A stretch of DNA of 64,000 nt, from contig CAZTTB010000001.1 in the NCBI GenBank assembly GCA_964616005.1, positions 56,330 through 120,329 of the forward strand, written 5' to 3'. The notes beneath the pieces are model-generated. The model worked only from the letters and a program-made list of their open reading frames with translations. It was not told the origin of the DNA and did not search any database. The translations under genes were made by a program, and so were the position numbers. Source of the DNA: an uncultured bacterium. Lineage in GTDB: Bacteria; Deinococcota; Deinococci; Deinococcales; Trueperaceae. Of the stretch, positions 29,384 through 38,955 are shown one piece after another (the stretch's first letter is position 1; every line of letters starts with the position of its first letter).

Positions 29384-30913
29384 ATGGTCACGCACATCCT
29401 TCGGAACGTTCGTCTGACCCGTCTGCGCCTGGGGCTGGTCGCCCTGCTGGGCCTGTTCGTGCTGGGAGGCGCGACGGCGCAGTCGGTCCCTGCGGGCACC
29501 CTGCGGGTGGGGATGGAATCCCCCTCCAAGCTCGACCCCGCCTACGCCTCCAGCGACGCCGAGGTCGCGATCCTCAACGCCGTCTACGACTACCTGGTCG
29601 ATGTCGACGCGGAGAACAACATCCAACCGCGGCTGGCGAGCTCCTGGAAGGTCTCGCAGGACGGGCTGACCTACACCTTCCAGCTCGCTCCGAACGCCAC
29701 CTGGCACGACGGCAGTCCGGTCACGGCACAGGACGTGGTCTTCACCTTCGATCGCCTCCGCAACCCGGACCTCAAGCTGCCGACGTCCGACCTGTACTCC
29801 GACATCGACACCATCAAGGCCACCGGCGCCCACGAGGTCACCTTCACCCTCAAGCAGACCAATCCGTTCTTCCTGTACGACCTCAGCGACAACCACGCCG
29901 TCATCGTCAAGAAGGGAACCACCGACTTCGGCTCGACCTTCGACGGCAGCGGCCCCTTCGTCGTGCAGAGCTACCATCCCGACGACCGCATGGTGCTCAA
30001 GGCCAACCCGAACTACTTCATGGCCGGCAAGCCCGGGGTCGGCACGCTGCAACTCATCTTCTTCAGCGATCAGGCGGCCGAGGTGTCGGCGCTTCGGGGC
30101 GGGCAGATCGACCTCGCGATGCGGCTTCCGAGCTCGCTCTACGAGTCCCTCAAGGGCGTGAAAGGGATCACCCGGGTCGACGTGCCCACCAACGGTTTCA
30201 ACGTCGTGCGGCTCCGCAGCGACCACAAGCCGGGTAGCGACCCCAGGGTCGTCCAGGCCTTGAAGCTGGCGGTCGATCGCAAGGCCATCACCGAGGCCGT
30301 GACCCAGGGGCTGGGCGTCGTCGGCAACGACACCCCCATCGGCCCGCTGTACAAGAAGTACTTCGACGCCGGTGCCACGCCGCCCGCCACCGATCCCGCC
30401 AAGGCCAAGGAGCTGCTCAAGGAAGCCGGCTACGCAGGCGGCCTCAAGCTCGACCTCTACACCCCCAACACCGGCGACAGGCCCGACCTGGCGGTCGTGT
30501 TGAAGCAGCAGCTCGCCAAGGCCGGGTTCGACATCAACGTCGTGGTCGAGCCCGAGAGCGTCTATTACGGGGACAACAAGTGGCTGCAGGTCGACTTCGG
30601 CATCACCGGCTGGGGCTCACGCCCTTACCCGCAGTTCTACCTGAACGTGATGCTCGAGTGCGGGGCCAAGTGGAACGAGAGCCACTTCTGCAACCAGGAG
30701 TTCGACAAGCTGGCCAAGGAGGCCGGCAACACCCTGGACGCGCAGAAACGCATCGACGACTACCACAAGATCCAGCAGTTGCTGGCGAGCAGCGGTCCCA
30801 TCGTGATCCCGTACTTCTTCCCGCAGCTCGGCGCCATCCGAGATGGCTTCACCGGCTTCCAGATGAAGGCGTTCGCCGGTCGCACCGACCTGGCGGCCGT
30901 CCACGCCAAGTAG
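29384..30913 (+). CDS. ABC transporter substrate-binding protein, family 5 (peptide/nickel type)
   Basis: ATG 29384 follows GGGAGGGAACC. Signal peptide present. SBP_bac_5-like length and pattern. Confidence 0.85.
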   Translation: MVTHILRNVRLTRLRLGLVALLGLFVLGGATAQSVPAGTLRVGMESPSKLDPAYASSDAEVAILNAVYDYLVDVDAENNIQPRLASSWKVSQDGLTYTFQLAPNATWHDGSPVTAQDVVFTFDRLRNPDLKLPTSDLYSDIDTIKATGAHEVTFTLKQTNPFFLYDLSDNHAVIVKKGTTDFGSTFDGSGPFVVQSYHPDDRMVLKANPNYFMAGKPGVGTLQLIFFSDQAAEVSALRGGQIDLAMRLPSSLYESLKGVKGITRVDVPTNGFNVVRLRSDHKPGSDPRVVQALKLAVDRKAITEAVTQGLGVVGNDTPIGPLYKKYFDAGATPPATDPAKAKELLKEAGYAGGLKLDLYTPNTGDRPDLAVVLKQQLAKAGFDINVVVEPESVYYGDNKWLQVDFGITGWGSRPYPQFYLNVMLECGAKWNESHFCNQEFDKLAKEAGNTLDAQKRIDDYHKIQQLLASSGPIVIPYFFPQLGAIRDGFTGFQMKAFAGRTDLAAVHAK

Positions 30914-30920
30914 GCCCGTG

Positions 30921-30954
30921 GCTCTTGGGCACGCGCGAAGGCGTGCCCAAGAGC
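30921..30954 (+). terminator. Perfect 14-bp hairpin after the SBP gene (attenuator/terminator)
   Basis: GCTCTTGGGCACGC-gcgaag-GCGTGCCCAAGAGC followed by TTCC. It lies between the SBP and permease genes. Confidence 0.55.
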
Positions 30955-30999
30955 TTCCGATGCTCCCCACCGTGACCCTCCAGCAGGCGGGCGCCGGCC

Positions 31000-31869
31000 A
31001 TGGCTAGCTCCGTGCGGGCGATCGTGCGCCGTAGCGGCTGGCTCCGTGGCCTGCTCGAGCTCTTCGGCACGCCGTCATCCGCCCTCGGGACCAGCCTGGT
31101 TGTGCTCTTCCTGGTCCTGGCCGCGCTCGGACCGCTGGCGACGCCCTACGGGGCCACCGAGCAGGTCTTCACCGACCGCAGCCAGCCGCCGTCCTTGCGG
31201 CACCTCTTCGGCACCGATCACCTCGGCCGCGATGTGTTCAGCCGGGTGGTGGCCGGCGATCGCGACATCTTCCTGCTCGCCGGCAGCGGCACGCTCGTGG
31301 CGGTGGTGGTGGGCACGCTGGTGGGACTCCTGGCCAGCTACCGGGGGGGTTGGGCGGAGGAGATCACCTACCGCTTCTTCGACAGCCTGCTGGCGGTGCC
31401 GGCGCTGTTGTTGGCCCTGTTGCTGCTGGGGTCCCTGGGCCCGTCGCGCAGCAGCGTGCTGGCCGTCATCGCGGTCGCGTACACCCCCATCGTGGCGCGG
31501 GTGGTGCGGAGCGTGGTGCTCGATACCAGGACCAAGGAGTACGTGCTCGCCGCTCGCATGCAGGGGGAGAGCATGGCCTACATCCTGGGCCGGGAGGTCC
31601 TCCCCAGCGTGCTCCCCGCGCTGGCGGTCGAATCGGCGCTGCGCTTCTCCTACGCCATCTTCCTGGTCGCCTCGTTGGGTTTCCTGGGGGTCGGGGTGCA
31701 GCCCCCCAACCCCGATTGGGGCCTGATGGTCAGTGAGGCCCGTGACTTCGTCTACATCACGCCCTGGACGCTGACCTTTCCAGCGCTGGCGATCTCGCTG
31801 CTGGTGATCGGCGTCAACCTCCTGGCCGACGGGCTCAAGCGCGTCCTACAGGTCGGAGCCGGGCCGTGA
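31000..31869 (+). CDS. Peptide ABC transporter permease (DppC/OppC type)
   Basis: N-terminal HLFGTDHLGRDVFSRV motif and a BPD_transp_1 core. Confidence 0.85.
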   Translation: MASSVRAIVRRSGWLRGLLELFGTPSSALGTSLVVLFLVLAALGPLATPYGATEQVFTDRSQPPSLRHLFGTDHLGRDVFSRVVAGDRDIFLLAGSGTLVAVVVGTLVGLLASYRGGWAEEITYRFFDSLLAVPALLLALLLLGSLGPSRSSVLAVIAVAYTPIVARVVRSVVLDTRTKEYVLAARMQGESMAYILGREVLPSVLPALAVESALRFSYAIFLVASLGFLGVGVQPPNPDWGLMVSEARDFVYITPWTLTFPALAISLLVIGVNLLADGLKRVLQVGAGP

Positions 31870-34010
31870 GCGGCGCCGTCGACGCGCCCCTGGTCGAATA
31901 CGAGGGCGTCACCGTCGCCTACCGGCGCGGTCGGTACTGGTCGCGCGCCGTGCGCGGCGTCGACCTCCGCATCCGCGCCGGCGTGACCTACGGGTTGGTG
32001 GGGGAGAGCGGCAGCGGGAAGAGCACGCTGGCGCTGGCGTTGCTCCAGGTCTTGCCCCCCAACGGCAGGGTCGTCGAGGGGTCCATCCGCTACCGCGGTC
32101 GGGTGCTGGCCGACCTCACATCCGACGAGCTCCGCGCCTTCTACCGAAGCGTGGCACTGGTTCCCCAGGATCCGTTGCCGTCGCTGAACCCGGCCCGGCG
32201 GATCGGGCGTCAGATCGAGGAGGTGGTCGACCCCACCGGTAGGTCCGGCCCGCGGACGCGCTCACGCTCGTTGGAGATGCTGCGGTCCGTGGGGATGGCC
32301 GATCCCGAGCGGGTGGCCCGCGCCTTCCCCCACCAGCTCTCGGGCGGGATGCAGCAGCGCGTGCTCATCGCCATGGCACTCGCCGGCGAACCCGACCTGC
32401 TGGTGCTGGACGAGCCCACCACCAATCTCGACGTCACGACCGAAGCCACGATCCTCGACCTGGTCCGGGACCTGGTGCGCGACCGCGACACCGCGGTGCT
32501 CTACGTCTCGCACAGCCTGGGCGTCGTCGCAGAGCTGTGCGACCGGGTCGCGGTGCTCTACGCCGGCGAGCTCGTCGAGGACGCGCCGACCCGGGAGCTG
32601 TACGATCGGCCGCGTCACCCGTACACCCAGGGTCTGTTCGACAGCGTGCCGAGGCTGGGGACCAACCGTCGGTCGGTCGCGCTGCGACCCATCCCGGGAC
32701 GCATCCCCTCACCGTCGGCGCTGCCGCCCGGATGCGTGTTCGCGCCGCGCTGCCCGATCGCGATCGCTGCCTGCCGTGCCGATCAGCCTCCGCTCGAGCC
32801 CGTCGGGGAGGGCTCGGTGCGGTGCATCCGATGGCGTGACATCGAGGCCGGGAGCGTGGACCCGCATCAGAGTGCGCCCCCCGCGCGCGTCTCGACGCCC
32901 GCCGCTGAGGTCGACGCCGTGCTCGACGTCGCCGGCCTGCGCAAGCACTTCCCGCTGCGGCGGTCGCTGAGCGAGTTGCTCTCGGGCGGGCCACAGCGCG
33001 CGGTGCGTGCCGTGGAGGACATCAGCGTGACCGTGAGGCGCGGCCACACGCTGGGGCTGGTGGGGGAGAGTGGTTCGGGCAAGAGCACCACCGCGCGTGC
33101 CATCGTCGGTCTCGACCCCGCCTCCGCGGGCACCATCGAACTCGCCGGGAGGAGGCTGGACCGGACGCTCGAGCGCCGCTCGCAGGCCGATATCCGTCGC
33201 CTGCAGATGGTGTTCCAGAGCTCCGACGAGGCGCTCAACCCCTACCGCACGGTGGGCGCCACCCTGCGGCGCCCCTTCCGCCGGCTGGCCGGGATGTCCC
33301 GCGCCGAGGCGGCCGAACGCGTGAGGAGGTTGTTGCAGGACGTCCAGCTCACCGCCGATTACGCCGCCCGGCGCCCGTCGGAGCTCTCCGGCGGCGAGAA
33401 GCAGCGTGTTGCCATCGCCCGCGCGTTCGCCTCCGAGCCGGAGGTGCTGGTCTTCGACGAGTCGGTGTCGGGGCTCGACGTCTCGGTCCAGGCGGCCATC
33501 CTCAACTTGCTCGGCGCGTTGCAGGAGGAGCGTGACACCGGGTACCTGTTCATCTCGCACGATCTTGCCGTGGTCAGCTTCCTGGCCGACTACGTGGCGG
33601 TCGTGTACCTGGGCCGGGTGATGGAATCCGGCCCTGCCGGGCGCGTGCTGCTCCCCCCCTTCCACCCGTACACGGAGGCGCTGTTGTCGGCGATCCCGTT
33701 GCTCGACCCGAGTGCCGAGCGTTCCCACGTGCGGCTCGAGGGGGAGGTGCCGAGCCCGGTGGACACGCCTTCAGGCTGCGTCTTCCACACCCGCTGCCCG
33801 CGCTACCTCGGCGACGTGTGCCGGGACGAGCCGCCGCCCTGGCGAGAGGCGGGCGACGACCACGGCATCTATTGCCACATCCCGTTGGACGTGCTCGGTG
33901 CTTCCCAGGAGCCTGCCTTCCGCTTCGCGACGCACGTCGACGCCGCCGACCGTCCCACGGCCGCAGAGGCCCCAGGCGCGTCCGGGCCGGAGGGCGACGA
34001 CCGTGGGTAG
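31866..34010 (+). CDS. Fused double ABC ATPase (DppD-DppF type)
   Basis: Two Walker A boxes (both GESGSGKST), two signatures (LSGGMQQR, LSGGEKQR) and two oligopeptide C-terminal Cys/His tails. GTGA overlap with the upstream permease. Confidence 0.9.
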   Translation: MSGAVDAPLVEYEGVTVAYRRGRYWSRAVRGVDLRIRAGVTYGLVGESGSGKSTLALALLQVLPPNGRVVEGSIRYRGRVLADLTSDELRAFYRSVALVPQDPLPSLNPARRIGRQIEEVVDPTGRSGPRTRSRSLEMLRSVGMADPERVARAFPHQLSGGMQQRVLIAMALAGEPDLLVLDEPTTNLDVTTEATILDLVRDLVRDRDTAVLYVSHSLGVVAELCDRVAVLYAGELVEDAPTRELYDRPRHPYTQGLFDSVPRLGTNRRSVALRPIPGRIPSPSALPPGCVFAPRCPIAIAACRADQPPLEPVGEGSVRCIRWRDIEAGSVDPHQSAPPARVSTPAAEVDAVLDVAGLRKHFPLRRSLSELLSGGPQRAVRAVEDISVTVRRGHTLGLVGESGSGKSTTARAIVGLDPASAGTIELAGRRLDRTLERRSQADIRRLQMVFQSSDEALNPYRTVGATLRRPFRRLAGMSRAEAAERVRRLLQDVQLTADYAARRPSELSGGEKQRVAIARAFASEPEVLVFDESVSGLDVSVQAAILNLLGALQEERDTGYLFISHDLAVVSFLADYVAVVYLGRVMESGPAGRVLLPPFHPYTEALLSAIPLLDPSAERSHVRLEGEVPSPVDTPSGCVFHTRCPRYLGDVCRDEPPPWREAGDDHGIYCHIPLDVLGASQEPAFRFATHVDAADRPTAAEAPGASGPEGDDRG

Positions 34011-34947
34011 GTTCTTGTTGCGGCGTCTGGGCTTCCTGCTCCTGACGCTGCTCTTCACGTCGCTGCTCATCTTCCTGATCACGCAGGCGCTCCCCGGCGA
34101 CGTGGCGCGCATCCTGCTGGGTCGGGAGGCGAGCCAGCAGGCGCTCGACCAGCTCCGCAGCCAGCTCGGGCTCGATCGGCCGTTGCCGGTGCAGTACCTG
34201 AGCTGGCTCGGTGACTTCGTCCGCGGCGACTGGGGCACGTCGTTCAGCACCGGCCAGAGCGTGCGCGCCCTGGTGCTGGCGCGGCTCGGGAACTCGCTCG
34301 AACTGGCCGGGCTCACGCTCGTCATCGCCGTGCCGACCGCCGTGACGCTGGGGGTCGTCGCCGCCCTGTACGAGGAGAGCTGGATCGATACCCTCATCAG
34401 CCTCGCCAGCCTGTCGGTGGTGGGTCTGCCCGAGTTCATCACCGGACTGGTGCTCATCCAGGTCTTCAGCTTCCGGCTCGGGTGGTTGCCGGCCAACTCC
34501 TCCATCGCGCCGGACACGGGGTTCATCGCCGCCCTGCCGTCGCTGGTGCTGCCCGCGCTCACGGCTACGCTGGTGCTGCTCGCCTACGTGGCCCGCTTGA
34601 CGCGGGCGAGCATGCTGGTGGAGCTCAATCGCCCCTACGTGCGCACGGCCGTCCTCAAGGGCGTGCGCTGGCGGCGCGTGGTGGTGTGGCACGTGCTGCG
34701 CAATGCCCTGCTGCCTACCATCACCGTGGTGGCCATCAGTTTCGGGTGGCTGATCAGCGGGCTCATCGTGGTCGAGAACGTCTTCAACTATCCGGGGCTC
34801 GGCAGGCTACTGACCTTCGCCATCGCGCGGCGCGACATCCCGCTGATCCAGGCAGTGGCGCTGGTGGCGGTGCTCGGCTTCGCACTGGCGAACCTGGTGG
34901 CGGATATCTTATACGCGGCCTTCAATCCCCGCATTACCCTGCGGTGA
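34003..34947 (+). CDS. Peptide ABC transporter permease (DppB/OppB type)
   Basis: Begins VGRFLLRRLGFLLLTLL..., typical of DppB. GTG 34003 overlaps the ATPase stop by 8 nt. Confidence 0.85.
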   Translation: MGRFLLRRLGFLLLTLLFTSLLIFLITQALPGDVARILLGREASQQALDQLRSQLGLDRPLPVQYLSWLGDFVRGDWGTSFSTGQSVRALVLARLGNSLELAGLTLVIAVPTAVTLGVVAALYEESWIDTLISLASLSVVGLPEFITGLVLIQVFSFRLGWLPANSSIAPDTGFIAALPSLVLPALTATLVLLAYVARLTRASMLVELNRPYVRTAVLKGVRWRRVVVWHVLRNALLPTITVVAISFGWLISGLIVVENVFNYPGLGRLLTFAIARRDIPLIQAVALVAVLGFALANLVADILYAAFNPRITLR

Positions 34948-34978
34948 CGGGCGCCCTCGGGCGCTGCGGAGGTGTGAT

Positions 34979-35878
34979 GTGCGACGGGCCTGGCTGTTCG
35001 CTCTGCTGGTGATCCCCCTGCTGGTGACGGCGTGTGCGCCGGGTACGGAGGCGGGCATCGCGGCGCCGACGTTCACGGTGCTGCAGAGCGGGACGGGCTT
35101 CCGCTCCGTCGACCCGCCCGGTGTCGGGGCGGGTGACGCCGTGTTCGACGTCCGTCTCCGGGCGACCAATCCCAATCCGATCGGCTTCACGCTGGCCAGC
35201 CTCGACGGGGACTTCTTCCTCGGCGGTCACCCGGCGGCAACGACGACGTTCCGCCGCGGGATCGAGTTGCCGGCCCACGGTAGCAGTGACCTGACCCTCG
35301 AGATCCGGGTGCCGCTGGCGCAGGCGCCCGCCCTCCTCCAGACGCTGGCCGGCCTGCTCACCGGCGCCTCCACGAGCTACCGCGTCGACGCCACGGTGGG
35401 CGTTCGGGTGTTCGGCGCGGTCCGGCGCTTCCCGCGCGCCACGCTGGCGCAGGGGAGCGTGCGGTGGTCGCCGGCCTGGGTCGCGCCGCGGATCCAGCTC
35501 GCCTCGTCCGGCCCCTCCTTGCACGTCGATTCCCTCACGCGTGTCACCGTGCAGATCGCGGCCACCCTGTACAACCCGGCTTCGCTGGGTTACGTGGTGC
35601 AGGCTCCGACGGTGCATCTGGCGTTCGCCGGTACCCCGGTCGCCACCGCGCAGCTCGGCCGCGTCGTGGCGCCTGCGGGCGCCACGGTTCCCGTCGACCT
35701 GACGTTCAGCTTCAACCCCTTGCAGGTCGGACCGGCACTGGCGGCCCAGATCTCGGCCGTCGCTTCGGGGGCCGGCAGCCTTGCCTTCGGCGTGTCGGGG
35801 CCCCTCGTGCTGGAGGCGCCGGGACTCGCCACCCACCATGTCGACGCAGCCGCGTTGTTGAGCGGCACCCTGCGCTGA
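34979..35878 (+). CDS. Lipoprotein with two LEA_2 (LEA14/WHy-like) domains
   Basis: Lipobox LLVTAC. Two repeats of the pattern (F)DV.L...NPNP.GF.L..L.G.F.L.G, as in LEA_2 domains. Confidence 0.55.
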   Translation: MRRAWLFALLVIPLLVTACAPGTEAGIAAPTFTVLQSGTGFRSVDPPGVGAGDAVFDVRLRATNPNPIGFTLASLDGDFFLGGHPAATTTFRRGIELPAHGSSDLTLEIRVPLAQAPALLQTLAGLLTGASTSYRVDATVGVRVFGAVRRFPRATLAQGSVRWSPAWVAPRIQLASSGPSLHVDSLTRVTVQIAATLYNPASLGYVVQAPTVHLAFAGTPVATAQLGRVVAPAGATVPVDLTFSFNPLQVGPALAAQISAVASGAGSLAFGVSGPLVLEAPGLATHHVDAAALLSGTLR

Positions 35879-35939
35879 GGGTCGCACGTGCCGCGTCGTT
35901 GGCGGTCCGACCGGGGTCGCGCGCGGACCACGTCCCGGG

Positions 35940-38180
35940 TCAATCGGGGCTGAGCTTGCTGCGCCGCGCCAGGCGTGCCAACGCCGCCGGCATCCACCAG
36001 TTCCAGCGGCCCGCCATCGTCATCACTGCAGGCACAAGCGCGAGGCGAACCAGGGTGCTGTCGAGCAGCACGGCGACCGACAGGCCGAGGCCGAGGGTGC
36101 GCACCAGCACCACGTGGCTGAACAGGAACAGCGCGAACACCGTGATCATCACGGCCGCGGCGCTGGTGATGACGCCGCCCGTGGCCGACAGTGCGGTGGC
36201 GACCGCCTCCCGGTCACTCGCCCCGCGGTCGTGCTGCTCCTGGATCCGCGCGACCAGGAACACCTCATAGTCCATGCTCAGCCCGAACACGATCGCGAAG
36301 ATGAACAGCGGCGCGCTGGTGTCGATGTAGCCGAGGACCGGTCCGCCACCGAAGAGCGTGGTGAGCACACCCTGCTGGAACACCAGCGTGATGACGCCGT
36401 AGGCCGCGGCGACGGTCAGGGTGTTCAGCAAGATGGCCTTGATGGGGATGAGCACCGAGCGGAAGGCCAGTCCCAGCACGACCACCGTGGCGAGGTACAC
36501 CAGCAACACTGCCCAGGGGAAGCTGCGGTAGAGCACCGCAGCCCACTCGGACTCCTGCACGTAGCCTCCCCCCACCCGCGCGTCGAGTCCGAGCGCCCTG
36601 GCGCGACCTTCGATGGAGCGAAGCAAGGTGGCGCCCTCCGCCGGGGTGAGCGTGCCTTTGGGGAAGACCCGCACCAGCGCGTAGCGTCCGGTCGTGCTGA
36701 TGGTGGCCCTGGCGAGGGGCGCGATCTCGCTCTTCGACGCGATGTCTGGCGAGGCGTAGTACTGGTAGAGGAACAGCCGAGGTACGCTGCTCACCGCCAT
36801 CGGGCTGGTGATGGCCTCCACCCGGTCCAGCGCCGTCAGGCTGCGGTCGAACTCGGAGACCTTGCGGACGTTGTCCGGCCGGTAGAAGCCCTTGGGTCCG
36901 AAGTCCAACAGCACGTCGAAGGAACTGAGAAGGCCCTCCAGACCCAGGCTCTCCAGGGCGGTCACGGTGCGGTTGGCGTCGGTGGACTTGGAGAGCCCGC
37001 GGGGTCCGGGATCGGCCACCTGCATGCCGAGCGCCGGCAGCCCGGCCGCGATCAGCACGACGGCCCCGATCGCCGCCCACAGCACGGGCCGGCGCATGAT
37101 CTCGTGGGCGCGGGCGCGCCAGAAGCTGCGGCTTCGCAGCCCCGGCTCGCGGCGCGTGACCTTCAGCCAGTTCACACGATGGCCCAGCAGCGCCAGCGCG
37201 GCCGGGAGGGCCGTGACCGATACCGAGACGCTGATCAGCAACACGATGATGGTGCCCACGCCGATGGACCGGATGAACGCCAGCGGCGGCACCAGCAGCC
37301 CGCTCAGCGCCATCACCACGGTGAGCCCGCTGAAGGCGACGGCCTTGCCCGCCGTCTGCGCGGTGCGCTCGGCCGCCAGCCGCGGGTCGAAGGTGTGGCG
37401 CAGCTCCTCACGGAAGCGGTTCACCATCAGCAACGCGTAGTCGATGCCGGTCGCCAGCCCGAGCATGGTCACGATGGTCTGCGTGAACACGGCGAACTCG
37501 ACCACCTGCCCCATGGCGTACAGGGCAGCGAGGGACACGGTGATGGAGGCCAGCGCCACCAGCAGCGGCAAGGCCGAAGCGATGACGGCTCCGAAGGCGA
37601 TCACCAGGATCAGCAGCGAGATCGGCAGGCCGAACACCTCGGCACGTCGGGCGTCGCGCTCGCTCACGTGCTCCAGCTCCTGCACCGTGGCCGGCCCGCC
37701 GGCCATGGTGAAGCTCAGGCCCGCCTCCCCGGTGAGCGCCTGACGGATGTGGTTGGTGATGACCTTGGCCCTGCCCAGGTCGGGCGCCGCCATGCTGACC
37801 AGCGCCACCGTGAAGCGGTTGTCCGCGGCCACCAGGTTCAGGCCGGTGACGCTCCGGTGGTCGCGTACCGCGGTCACGCCCGGCACCGCCTTGATGCGGT
37901 CCACCACCCGGGCGAAGGCCTCATCGAAGGCGGGCTGGCCCACGCGATCGCCGACGCCGTGCGCCACCAGCACCACGTTGTAGTCGTCGGGGAGGGCGAA
38001 CTGCTGGCGCAACACGGCGCGCACCTGGCGCGCGACGCTGTGGGGTGCCATGCCGGGCTGCGCCGTCAGGACGGTGCCGACCCTGGCCGCGAACGGGAGC
38101 GAGATCCCCGCCAGCAGCAGCCACGCCGCCAGGACCCATCTCGGATAACGGGCCGTGATCCGTGCCATGCGTGTCAGCAT
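35940..38180 (-). CDS. MMPL-family (RND superfamily) transporter
   Basis: Two 6-TM bundles with large extracytoplasmic loops. The start is ATG 38180 or 38168. The track ORF's extra N-terminus overlaps the upstream gene. Confidence 0.85.
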   Translation of the reverse strand: MLTRMARITARYPRWVLAAWLLLAGISLPFAARVGTVLTAQPGMAPHSVARQVRAVLRQQFALPDDYNVVLVAHGVGDRVGQPAFDEAFARVVDRIKAVPGVTAVRDHRSVTGLNLVAADNRFTVALVSMAAPDLGRAKVITNHIRQALTGEAGLSFTMAGGPATVQELEHVSERDARRAEVFGLPISLLILVIAFGAVIASALPLLVALASITVSLAALYAMGQVVEFAVFTQTIVTMLGLATGIDYALLMVNRFREELRHTFDPRLAAERTAQTAGKAVAFSGLTVVMALSGLLVPPLAFIRSIGVGTIIVLLISVSVSVTALPAALALLGHRVNWLKVTRREPGLRSRSFWRARAHEIMRRPVLWAAIGAVVLIAAGLPALGMQVADPGPRGLSKSTDANRTVTALESLGLEGLLSSFDVLLDFGPKGFYRPDNVRKVSEFDRSLTALDRVEAITSPMAVSSVPRLFLYQYYASPDIASKSEIAPLARATISTTGRYALVRVFPKGTLTPAEGATLLRSIEGRARALGLDARVGGGYVQESEWAAVLYRSFPWAVLLVYLATVVVLGLAFRSVLIPIKAILLNTLTVAAAYGVITLVFQQGVLTTLFGGGPVLGYIDTSAPLFIFAIVFGLSMDYEVFLVARIQEQHDRGASDREAVATALSATGGVITSAAAVMITVFALFLFSHVVLVRTLGLGLSVAVLLDSTLVRLALVPAVMTMAGRWNWWMPAALARLARRSKLSPD

Positions 38181-38208
38181 GCTGCCTGCCGGGGCCGCGC
38201 GGACCCGC

Positions 38209-38955
38209 TCATACCCCCACGAAGTGTTCGATGATGTCGCGGGCGTCGCTCTCGCGCGTGGCGGTCTCGCCGGACACCTGGCCGTCACGGAGGAACACGA
38301 TGCGGTCGGCGTGCATGGCGGCGTTGGGATCGTGGGTGACCATCACCACGGTCCAGCCGGAAGTGTCGACGCCGTGCCTTAGGAGTTCCAGGACCTCGGA
38401 GCCGGTGTGCGTGTCGAGATTGCCGGTGGGCTCGTCGGCCAGCACGACCGCGGGGTCGTTGATGAGGGCGCGCGCGAGCGCCACACGCTGACGTTGCCCC
38501 CCCGAGAGCTGGCGGGGACGGTGGTTGAGCCGGTCGGCGATGGCCAGCTGGTCCGCCAGGTCGAGGAGCCGTTGGGCCGCCTGGGCTCCGCGCCCTGCGA
38601 TCTCGGCCGGCAGCAGGATGTTCTCGCGCGCCGTCAGGTTGGGGATCAGTTCGAAGCTCTGGAACAGGAAGCCCAGCTTGGTGCGTCGCAGTGCCGTCAG
38701 TGCGTCGTCGTCCAGATCCCCGGTCGCCTGACCGACGACCTCCACGCTGCCGCGGTCCGGCACGTCGAGCAGCCCCAACAGGTGCAGCAGGGTGCTCTTG
38801 CCGCTTCCGCTGGGTCCCATCACCGCCAGGAACTCACCCGCCCTGACGGCCAGGTCGATGCCCTTCAGAGCGTCGATGGTGAGGTCGCCGAGGCGGTAGC
38901 TCTTGCTCAGCTCGCTGGCGCGTAGGACTGGAACGTCGTTCGTTGCCATCGTCAC
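38209..38955 (-). CDS. ABC transporter ATPase (MacB/LolD/FtsE type)
   Basis: Walker A GPSGSGKST, signature LSGGQRQR, Walker B VLADEPTGNLD. Confidence 0.9.
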   Translation of the reverse strand: MTMATNDVPVLRASELSKSYRLGDLTIDALKGIDLAVRAGEFLAVMGPSGSGKSTLLHLLGLLDVPDRGSVEVVGQATGDLDDDALTALRRTKLGFLFQSFELIPNLTARENILLPAEIAGRGAQAAQRLLDLADQLAIADRLNHRPRQLSGGQRQRVALARALINDPAVVLADEPTGNLDTHTGSEVLELLRHGVDTSGWTVVMVTHDPNAAMHADRIVFLRDGQVSGETATRESDARDIIEHFVGV

